NCBI GenBank assembly: GCA_035631875.1
Contig: DASQHX010000009.1
Span: 445,185-477,184, forward strand
DNA length: 32,000 nucleotides
Source: Nitrosopumilaceae archaeon
GTDB lineage: Archaea > Thermoproteota > Nitrososphaeria > Nitrososphaerales > Nitrosopumilaceae
Reading direction: 5' to 3'
Part shown: piece by piece, positions 8,897 through 15,720 of the stretch
Layout of the letters: each line of letters begins with the position of its first letter
Numbering within the stretch: position 1 is the stretch's first letter
Position numbers and translations under genes: made by a program
Notes under the pieces: generated by a model
Databases searched by the model: none
Told to the model about the DNA's origin: nothing
What the model saw: only the letters and a program-made list of their open reading frames with translations

Positions 8897-9736
8897 ATGG
8901 ACCTAGTCTTCTCTGACATTCATGCAGACATTGATGGATTAGAATCAATCCTAAATATGGCATCAAGTAGTGACTTTGTAAAAAAATATGGCAGTTTTTC
9001 CAGAATCATAAACCTTGGCGATGTACTGGAGCGAGGCATTTATCCAAAACAAGTACTGGATAGACTGCAATTATTAGAAAAAAATTATCCAATTATTTCT
9101 GTGATGGGAAACCATGACGAGGCATTTCTATCCAACAAATTGATTGGAGCTAGTTCAATAGAAAGCATGGATGCACATGCCAAATTATCCAATGATGATA
9201 TAGCATTTTTCAAACAAAATAATGACGGAACGTTTGGCCAGCAGCTATATACAGATAAAAAAAACAAACTACTGTGCGTCCACGGCGGGCCACTAGATCC
9301 AAAAAAAATCACGCCAAAAAATGCAAACGATGAATCCTGGCTATATCACAGATCATGGCAAAGGCTTACGCCAGAGGATTTTGAGTTTTTTAGCTATTCT
9401 GGGTATCATTACAAGGCATCTTCCGCGTTTGACGAGGCAAAAAACAACCAATCTCATGTGATTTTATGCGGACACCAACACGAAGAGACGGCTCTCATAC
9501 AAGATGGTGAGATTCGTGAAATCTATCACTCTCTCAAGATAACTCAAGAAAAGACCGCAAATCACATTCTAGAAAAAAGAGAAATAGAAATCAATCCATC
9601 ACACAATTATATTATAAGACTAGGCCTTGGCGGCCCAGCTGGAAAATATGGCAAAGGTCATGCAGATCCACACTTTGGAATCATACAGTATGATCCAAAA
9701 AAAGTAACACTATTTACGATAAAATCACTAAACTAG
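8897..9736 (+). CDS. Calcineurin-like metallophosphoesterase (PPP/ApaH-PrpE-like)
   Basis: Motif series DIHAD, GDVLERG, GNHDE, VHGG, CGHQH. 27-nt gap after the upstream gene and 2-nt gap to the next gene. Confidence 0.75.
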   Translation: MDLVFSDIHADIDGLESILNMASSSDFVKKYGSFSRIINLGDVLERGIYPKQVLDRLQLLEKNYPIISVMGNHDEAFLSNKLIGASSIESMDAHAKLSNDDIAFFKQNNDGTFGQQLYTDKKNKLLCVHGGPLDPKKITPKNANDESWLYHRSWQRLTPEDFEFFSYSGYHYKASSAFDEAKNNQSHVILCGHQHEETALIQDGEIREIYHSLKITQEKTANHILEKREIEINPSHNYIIRLGLGGPAGKYGKGHADPHFGIIQYDPKKVTLFTIKSLN

Positions 9737-9738
9737 AC

Positions 9739-10278
9739 ATGAGCGCCACAGAATCACTGCGCAATGATCACAAACAGATCAGAAGATTAGAAAAAATCAT
9801 CACACAATGTTACACCAAATTATATGCAGGACAAGACATTCCGTTTTCCGATATAGAACAGATGACTATAATCATGTCAGAGTTTTTAGATGCAATCCAC
9901 TATTCCAGAGAAGAAGATGCATACTTTGCATGTGTTGCAAGCTATGATACCTTACGAGAAGAGATAAGAGCATTTATGATAGAGCACGAGTTTGCAAGAA
10001 GAATTGCAAAAAGCATATACACACATCTGCAAAGCTGGAAAAAAGGAAACAACGAAAGAGAACCTGTTGCACGATTTCTCAAAACTTATGCAGTCTATCT
10101 AAACGATCACATCACAAAAGAAGAAAATTTCTTTGATGTTACTGAAAAAGAAATCCTGTCCCAAGAAGAAGAAAAGATGATGTACGAGGAATTTCGTGCA
10201 GTCACTGCCATTACCACAAAACTAGACGAGATGTTGGAATTGATCTCTGGATTAGAACAAAGACCTTGGATGAAATAA
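9739..10278 (+). CDS. Hemerythrin-like (HHE cation-binding) domain protein
   Basis: Helical protein with spaced His/Glu pairs: LRNDHKQIRRLE, DAIHYSREED, MIEHEFARR, LNDHITKEENFF. Typical of di-iron hemerythrin-like four-helix bundles. Confidence 0.65.
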   Translation: MSATESLRNDHKQIRRLEKIITQCYTKLYAGQDIPFSDIEQMTIIMSEFLDAIHYSREEDAYFACVASYDTLREEIRAFMIEHEFARRIAKSIYTHLQSWKKGNNEREPVARFLKTYAVYLNDHITKEENFFDVTEKEILSQEEEKMMYEEFRAVTAITTKLDEMLELISGLEQRPWMK

Positions 10279-10311
10279 ATTATTCTTCAAAGACAGATTT
10301 TACTTTGGGAT

Positions 10312-10329
10312 AAACAGAAGAATCTGTTT
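10312..10329 (+). terminator. Hairpin AAACAGA-agaa-TCTGTTT followed by a T-rich tract
   Basis: 7-bp perfect stem and 4-nt loop, 34 nt after the hemerythrin-like stop, then tcctttctg. Confidence 0.3.
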
Positions 10330-10401
10330 CCTTTCTGAATTCGTAACTTGTTTTCATGATTATACTACAAATGCAGAATTATTATATATCATCACAATAG
10401 T

Positions 10402-11166
10402 ATGCAGACTGTACATACTATTATGAATAACATTGTAAACTTGCGTGTCCATATTGCACCAGTTGGATTTGAGGTAGACAGGGTAGTCATCCCAGCGAAG
10501 AACATGAGAGCAGACAAGGTCTGGCTCCTAGTTCATGACAACCAGTCTGAAGACAAAGGCAAGCTGTATACTGAAAAAATGCAGAGCGAATTTAAAAAAA
10601 TGAAGATCAAAGTGGAACTAGCAAAGGTTGACAGACTGAACTTGTTTCAAATAATAAAAGCTGTAAAAGAAATAGTTGAAAAAGAAAAAGATAATGACAT
10701 TTACATCAATGTAGCGTCTGGTTCCAAGATACATGCAATAGCATTAATGATGGCAAGCATGATCTTCAACGACAAACAAAACATCAAGCCATTTTATGCA
10801 GAAGCAGAAAGTTATGCAGCATTCGAAGGAAAGCAACAATCCTTTGGAGTAAAAAAAGTAATGCCTCTACCCACTTACGAAATTCACATTCCAAAACCAA
10901 CTCTGGTCCAGGCTCTGAAAATAATTAAAGAAAATGGAGGAAAGATAACCAAAAAAGAAATGGCAAAGCTTGCCTATGAAAACAAGCTAATTGTGGTAAA
11001 TGCAAGAGAAGAAAACTTTCAGCAGGCCAGATTTGCAAGCCTTGACAAAAATATCATCCAGCCATTGCTCCAAGAATGGAAGTTTATTGAAATTGAACAA
11101 ATCGGAAGAAACCGCTGGATAAAAATTACACCAGAAGGGCTAGGTGCAGAGGAATTTCTTACGTAG
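10402..11166 (+). CDS. CARF/Csa3-like Rossmann-type sensor domain fused to a C-terminal wHTH (putative ligand-responsive regulator)
   Basis: The N-terminus RVHIAPVGFEVDRVV (strand plus Gly loop) and DIYINVASGSKIHAIALMMA resemble the two CARF signature regions. The C-terminus KITKKEMAKLAYENKLI...GRNRWIKITPEG is wHTH-like. The TATA-like attattatatatc at 10378-10390 fits the second ATG (10423) better as the start. Confidence 0.6.
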   Translation: MQTVHTIMNNIVNLRVHIAPVGFEVDRVVIPAKNMRADKVWLLVHDNQSEDKGKLYTEKMQSEFKKMKIKVELAKVDRLNLFQIIKAVKEIVEKEKDNDIYINVASGSKIHAIALMMASMIFNDKQNIKPFYAEAESYAAFEGKQQSFGVKKVMPLPTYEIHIPKPTLVQALKIIKENGGKITKKEMAKLAYENKLIVVNAREENFQQARFASLDKNIIQPLLQEWKFIEIEQIGRNRWIKITPEGLGAEEFLT

Positions 11167-11371
11167 TTAGCTCTGGTTTTACTGTCCATGCTATTGCCAT
11201 GCCAATAAATGGAATGGAAACTATGGCAGCAATATACACATAGGCTCTATACTGTTCGCTGTGTGCAGGATCAGGGTGTGTTAGAAGAATAGGCACTGGA
11301 AGTGCACATGCAAACCAAACAATAGATAACATGATTATAATTTTCAGTGATCTCTTTTTCCTTGGCGTCAC
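11159..11371 (-). CDS. Small two-TM membrane protein (hypothetical)
   Basis: Basic N-terminus (TPRKKRSLK) followed by two hydrophobic helices. GTG start at 11371, alternative ATG at 11332. Lies 42 nt downstream of the SDR gene on the same strand and overlaps the 3' end of the convergent gene by 8 nt. Confidence 0.4.
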   Translation of the reverse strand: MTPRKKRSLKIIIMLSIVWFACALPVPILLTHPDPAHSEQYRAYVYIAAIVSIPFIGMAIAWTVKPELTT

Positions 11372-11413
11372 GGTATGATTTTGGTATTAGTTCTATTAAT
11401 TTGATTAGTATGA

Positions 11414-12157
11414 TTATCTGGCAGCCATACCGCCATCTAGAGGCAAGACAGATCCTGTGGCCCATGAGGAGTCGTCTGAAGCAAAGTACAAAATGGCCTT
11501 TGCCACATCCTCAGGTGTTCCTATTCTCCCGATGGGATGTTCTGATATTGCCATGTCTCTATCAGATTCCGTAGAAAGATAGGGCTTTGTCATATCTGTC
11601 TCAACCATTCCAGGGCAGACACAGTTTACTCGAATTTTCCATTTTGCATATTCTATTGCCCACGCCTTTGTCAATAACACCAGTGCACCCTTTGATGCAG
11701 TATATGCATCAGCTTCAAAATTTTCAAATGCCTTCAGACCAGCATCAGATGAAACATTAATGATGCACCCACCATTTTTTTCTAAATATGGTATCACAGC
11801 TTTAGTAAAACGAAACTGCCCAGTCAGATTTACATCAATTACCTCATTCCATTCTTTTTCTGAAATTTTGTGCAATGGTTTTACTTCAGGAAAAATTCCT
11901 GCATTGTTTACCAAAACATCTATCTTGCCAAATTTTTCCATTGTTTTTTTTACAACATTTTGTACATCAGATTCATTTCTGATATCGCCTGGAACAGAAA
12001 AAACATTACCGACTTCCTTTGCAGCTTCCTGAAGTCTATTTGGATCTTTTGATGTTATAGTTATATTTGCACCTTCTTGTACGAAAAGTTTAGCTGTTGC
12101 CTTTCCAATTCCCCTGCTGCCACCTGTTATGATAGCAACCTTTCCTGCTAGTTTCAT
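11414..12157 (-). CDS. Short-chain dehydrogenase/reductase (FabG-like)
   Basis: TGGSRGIGKA cofactor motif, NNAG, catalytic YTASKGAL (YxxxK). 247 aa. Confidence 0.9.
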   Translation of the reverse strand: MKLAGKVAIITGGSRGIGKATAKLFVQEGANITITSKDPNRLQEAAKEVGNVFSVPGDIRNESDVQNVVKKTMEKFGKIDVLVNNAGIFPEVKPLHKISEKEWNEVIDVNLTGQFRFTKAVIPYLEKNGGCIINVSSDAGLKAFENFEADAYTASKGALVLLTKAWAIEYAKWKIRVNCVCPGMVETDMTKPYLSTESDRDMAISEHPIGRIGTPEDVAKAILYFASDDSSWATGSVLPLDGGMAAR

Positions 12158-12188
12158 AAAATGAAATACGACAAGTGGCTTTTTAATT

Positions 12189-12617
12189 TTAGAGCTTTAT
12201 TCCAAAGGTAATGTGACGGTTTAAGACAAAGTTTACACTAGATGCTATCACTATAGAAATCAAGGCAGCCAAAATATAATACATGGCAAACTTGTCCACA
12301 AATATGTAGTTAAACCCAAGCTGAATTAACATGCCAACCAAACTAATAGCAATGAATTTACCGTACATGAAAATTGTTCTTTGCTTTACCATTGTGTTCT
12401 TGAAAGTCCAAGTTTTATTTAGTATGAAATTTGTTGTCATGGAAAGATAGATTGCGATAGCTGATGATAGAAGATACCATAATCCTACATATTCTTTTAG
12501 TGCATAAAGAAGACCAAGATTAACCAATACACCGCTTGCGCCAACTAGATAATACTGAAAAGCATGTTTTGCAAAAAGGGAAAATCTATCTGATCTTTTC
12601 TGTTCCCCTACTGCCAT
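12189..12617 (-). CDS. GtrA-family membrane protein
   Basis: 142 aa with four TM helices and the duplicated NF(I/V)LN(K/R)xxTF motif (NFILNKTWTF, NFVLNRHITF) typical of GtrA-like proteins. Confidence 0.8.
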   Translation of the reverse strand: MAVGEQKRSDRFSLFAKHAFQYYLVGASGVLVNLGLLYALKEYVGLWYLLSSAIAIYLSMTTNFILNKTWTFKNTMVKQRTIFMYGKFIAISLVGMLIQLGFNYIFVDKFAMYYILAALISIVIASSVNFVLNRHITFGIKL

Positions 12618-12702
12618 GTTTCTACCAAGATTTTGAGACTTAATAAATCCTAAAACTGTAACTGTCAGATCTGTAAACTGTATAGGTCATCTATATCACA
12701 CC

Positions 12703-12733
12703 AAAAATCAATTTGTTCCAAAAATTGATTTTT
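12703..12733. repeat. 12-bp perfect inverted repeat AAAAATCAATTT / AAATTGATTTTT with a 7-nt spacer
   Basis: Read directly. Located 86-116 nt upstream of the GtrA start codon, in a 358-bp intergenic region. Confidence 0.5.
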
Positions 12734-12883
12734 ATTCGTCCTACATTCCATAAAGGCACGGTCATAATTGAATAATTTTATCAAACTGAAATGAAATTAT
12801 AGAAAATTTTTCATAAAGTGATAAATACTTCAAAGACATATACTAAAACATGCAGAAAGATGCCAAATCTACTGCTTGAATTC

Positions 12884-12973
12884 GCGTGATCCCGCAGATT
12901 TGGTGTTGAAATCCGCCGCTATCGGTTCGGATTCATAAGAGGTAATCTCTGCTGTCTGACGGGGGGTCACGCC
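12884..12973 (+). ncRNA. Candidate structured small RNA, class unknown
   Basis: 50 of 90 nt are G/C (counted) in an AT-rich background. A 10-bp closing helix pairs 12884-12893 with 12963-12972 and includes one G-U pair that would be A-C on the other strand. Internal hairpins ATCCG-CCGctatCGG-tt-CGGAT and AGAGgtaatCTCT are present. A T6 run lies at 12979-12984. It does not fold as a cloverleaf. Confidence 0.35.
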
Positions 12974-12975
12974 AA

Positions 12976-13401
12976 TTATTTTTTATTCAAATCGACAGAT
13001 ATGCTACCATATACATTACCATGTGGATTGATTCTGATTTGAATTTCTTGATCTTGTGGAATCTCAATTATTTTGTTACCAAGATAATCCCAGGTGTCGT
13101 AGCTTGAAATTCCTGTGTTGTGTATAGTTCCATTAAGATTGAAATCCTCATTGTAAGAAAAGGAATCACCTTGCAATGAAATTGAAAGATTTTGTGGGCT
13201 GTCACCATTTGGTACAAAACTAAATTGATATGTTCCTTTTTGAATTTTGAAATTATCTGTAAACGTTCCATTGGTGTAAAGTTTGGGATCTGCTAGTGTT
13301 ACATGATATGCTGTACTGGTTTGATTTTTTGGCTGTAGTGAAATTGTTATAGCTATTGCAATAATTACCATAGCTAGAACATAGACAGCTTTTCTCATCA
13401 A
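12976..13401 (-). CDS. Exported or membrane-anchored beta-rich protein (hypothetical)
   Basis: N-terminal signal anchor MMRKAVYVLAMVIIAIAITISL, then 120 aa rich in N/T/S/G/Y with several N-x-S/T sequons. No recognisable domain. Confidence 0.6.
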   Translation of the reverse strand: MMRKAVYVLAMVIIAIAITISLQPKNQTSTAYHVTLADPKLYTNGTFTDNFKIQKGTYQFSFVPNGDSPQNLSISLQGDSFSYNEDFNLNGTIHNTGISSYDTWDYLGNKIIEIPQDQEIQIRINPHGNVYGSISVDLNKK

Positions 13402-13432
13402 GATATGATTAGTTTATGGATATTTTAAAAAA

Positions 13433-14347
13433 TTATAGTTTAAGGGATTCTTTGAGTCCTTTGTACCTATTTCTTATGGTTACTTCAGTTACTCCAGCTG
13501 CTTGTGCAACATCTTTCTGAGTTTTGTTCTCACCGTTCATCACACAAGACAGATACAATGCAGCTGCAGCAAGTCCCATTGGATCTTTGCCAGCAGAGAT
13601 TTCAATTTCTGCAGCATCTTTTAGTATCAACAATGCTTTTCGTTTTGTCTTTTCACTCAAACCTGCTTTGCTTGCAATTCTTGCTACACATTTTATAGGA
13701 TCTACTACTGGCATCTTTAGATCAAGTTCTCTTAAGAGTAATCTATAGCACCTTGCCACGTCCTTTCTTTTTATATTAATTCCATTTGCAACATCAGTTA
13801 GAGTTCGTGGAGTTTCAGTATCTCTGCATGCAGCATAAAGTGCAGCCGCAACCAATCCAGGAATTGATCTACCTCTGACAAGGCCTTTGTCCAATGCCTT
13901 TCTGTATATGTATGCAGTTTTTTCTATGACAGCATCTGAAAGTGCAAGCTTGTCTTTTAGTCTATCAAGCTCACTGAACGCTTGTCTAAAGTTTCTATCA
14001 ACTGGCTCGTGGACCTGACTCCTACTATCCCAAGTTCTGAGTCTTTCTATCGTGCTTTTCATAGATGCCGATAAAGGTTTTCCAGAAGCATCCTTGTCTG
14101 CAGGACCAATAATTGTTGCTAGTCCCATATCGTGCATTGCAAGTGATGTTGGAGTTCCAGTTCTACTTCGATCCTCATGTTCTTCTTTGGAAAAAGATCT
14201 CCATTCTGGACCTGATTCCTCTACTCTTTCAGTTAGAACAAAACCGCAACCACCGCAGAACATTTCTCCAGTAGTACTATCAGTAACCATTGGACCTTTT
14301 CCACAACGCGGACAACGTCCTCCGCCACTGAAAGATTCGCGCGTCAT
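13433..14347 (-). CDS. tfb: Transcription initiation factor IIB (TFB)
   Basis: N-terminal Zn ribbon CPRCG...CGGCG, followed by two cyclin-fold repeats (SIPGLVAAALYAACR..., DPMGLAAAALYLSC...). I place the start at the internal ATG (MTRESFSGGGRCPRCG), because the 19 upstream codons of the listed ORF are unlike TFB N-termini. Confidence 0.9.
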   Translation of the reverse strand: MTRESFSGGGRCPRCGKGPMVTDSTTGEMFCGGCGFVLTERVEESGPEWRSFSKEEHEDRSRTGTPTSLAMHDMGLATIIGPADKDASGKPLSASMKSTIERLRTWDSRSQVHEPVDRNFRQAFSELDRLKDKLALSDAVIEKTAYIYRKALDKGLVRGRSIPGLVAAALYAACRDTETPRTLTDVANGINIKRKDVARCYRLLLRELDLKMPVVDPIKCVARIASKAGLSEKTKRKALLILKDAAEIEISAGKDPMGLAAAALYLSCVMNGENKTQKDVAQAAGVTEVTIRNRYKGLKESLKL

Positions 14348-14766
14348 ATAATATCTAATAAAAGTTTCGGTCAAACAACAATAAAAAGGTTTAACTATTA
14401 CCACAGATTGAAATTATTATTATAATAATATAGGTAATATCAGAAAATAAGAAATTTTTAATTAAAAATATATAAAATTTATAAAAATAATCATTTTATT
14501 TAGTCATGATATTATTATTTTTTTAAGAAATTTAGATAAAGTCATCTCACCTATTGGCTTTCTGATTGTTATCCCGAAAAATGTCTCAAATTAATTTCAT
14601 TTTCTCTCAATGAGACGAATCAGATTTAGAAATTTCAAAAATTATTTTTGGTCACTTTTTTTGTTTTTGAAAATAATTTTCGATTTGAAAAATTATTTTT
14701 AATGCCAAAAACTCCCAAATGCAAATATTTAAATACGATTTTTTTGTTGGATCGACATTAAATAAA

Positions 14767-14877
14767 ATGGAAAAATGTCCACTTTGCTGTGAATCACAGC
14801 AATCACAAACTGCGCTGGCGATTCACATAAAGAAAATCCATCCGCAGAGAAATATTGCGATGCAAATAGTGCAATAA
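14767..14877 (+). CDS. Micro-protein (36 aa) with a single C2H2 zinc-finger pattern
   Basis: My own translation: MEKCPLCCESQQSQTALAIHIKKIHPQRNIAMQIVQ. The spacing C4-x2-C7-x12-H20-x4-H25 with L-x2-H is the classical C2H2 spacing. TATA-like aaatatttaaatac lies about 35-45 nt upstream. The ORF is below the size cutoff of the ORF track. Confidence 0.45.
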   Translation: MEKCPLCCESQQSQTALAIHIKKIHPQRNIAMQIVQ

Positions 14878-15048
14878 TTCTTTGCTTCTAGGATAGGTTC
14901 GTAGGATGTATCCAATATAGGTTATACACGAATTTTCATATTTTTGTTATAAAATCAGAAAAAAACATTGTTTTTGGATATACTGGTATGTGAGGCAAGC
15001 ACGATTTTGTTAGCTAAATTTAGCATACTGTGAACCTCATTTCACACC

Positions 15049-15060
15049 TTTAATTAATAA
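15049..15060 (+). promoter_or_regulatory. TATA-box-like element TTTAATTAATAA for the CdvB-type gene
   Basis: Centred about 27 nt upstream of the ATG at 15082. This is the spacing expected between an archaeal TATA box and the transcription start, so it implies a leaderless or near-leaderless mRNA. Confidence 0.4.
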
Positions 15061-15081
15061 CAAATTTTCTTAGTCGTTACC

Positions 15082-15720
15082 ATGACAACGTTCACAAATA
15101 ACTGGCAAAGACCACAAACACCAAGCCTTGGTGAAAGATTCAATGATGCTATAAAACCAAAAGGTGCTCTAAAGCCAAGAATGGAAACTGCGATAAAAAG
15201 ACTCCAGACTCAAATTTCAAAATTAGATGGAATGATTACAAAATTAAAACAAAGAGATGAAAAACTTTTCAAAAGAATTGTAGTTGCAACACAACAACAT
15301 GATCTTACCGCTAGCAAAGTTTTATCAAAAGAATTAGCAGAAGTACGTAAGGTAACCAAGCTCTTAGGAAATGCAAGAATGGCACTTGAGCAAATTGAGC
15401 TCAGACTAAGCACATTCCACGATCTTGGAGACACTGTTGTTACTATAATGCCAACAATAGGTTTGATGAAGAACCTCAGATCATCACTAATCAAATTCAT
15501 GCCAGAAGCAGATCGTGAGCTAGGCGGAATGACTGAAATGCTCAACGGTTTAATGACAGACACATTCCACAGTGGCGACTTTGGAATCGATTCAGAAGCA
15601 ACAACTGAAGAATCAGAAAAGATACTCCAAGAAGCAGCAGCAGTTGCAGAGGCGGCAGTAAACGACAAACTACCATCCATGCCTGCAGGTCAAGGCCAAT
15701 CTTCTGCTCGCTACATCTAG
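15082..15720 (+). CDS. cdvB: ESCRT-III / Snf7-family cell-division protein (CdvB-type paralog)
   Basis: 212 aa. It has the long helical hairpin pattern LKPRMETAIKRLQTQISKLDGMITKLKQRDEKLFKRIVVATQQHDLTASKVLSKELAEVRK...ALEQIELRLST and an acidic C-terminal tail. No winged-helix extension is evident. Confidence 0.8.
   Translation: MTTFTNNWQRPQTPSLGERFNDAIKPKGALKPRMETAIKRLQTQISKLDGMITKLKQRDEKLFKRIVVATQQHDLTASKVLSKELAEVRKVTKLLGNARMALEQIELRLSTFHDLGDTVVTIMPTIGLMKNLRSSLIKFMPEADRELGGMTEMLNGLMTDTFHSGDFGIDSEATTEESEKILQEAAAVAEAAVNDKLPSMPAGQGQSSARYI

Noticed and set aside
12884-12973. A tRNA gene. A 7-bp acceptor-like stem, GCGTGAT/GTCACGC, is followed by C-A.
   Set aside because: No T-arm (GTTCRANNC context) precedes the 3' acceptor strand. 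No 7-nt anticodon loop with U33 is present, positions 8-9 are CC, and the terminal helix continues to 10 bp. An intron-containing or permuted tRNA cannot be excluded without tRNAscan-SE, so the element is kept only as an unclassified RNA candidate.
14348-14404. The 19-codon N-terminal extension of TFB (MVIVKPFYCCLTETFIRYY) in the listed ORF.
   Set aside because: TFB proteins begin shortly before the Zn ribbon. The extension consists of promoter-like A/T-rich sequence, so the internal ATG at 14347 is preferred.
14405-14766. A replication origin (A+T-rich unwinding element with repeats).
   Set aside because: There is no orc1/cdc6 gene nearby and no recognisable origin-recognition-box repeats. 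The short A/T motifs could arise by chance in such low-complexity sequence.
15210-15680. The 156-aa minus-strand ORF antisense to cdvB.
   Set aside because: It lies entirely within the well-supported Snf7-family gene. It has Ser/Ala-rich composition typical of antisense translation of an acidic helical protein. It has no start context.
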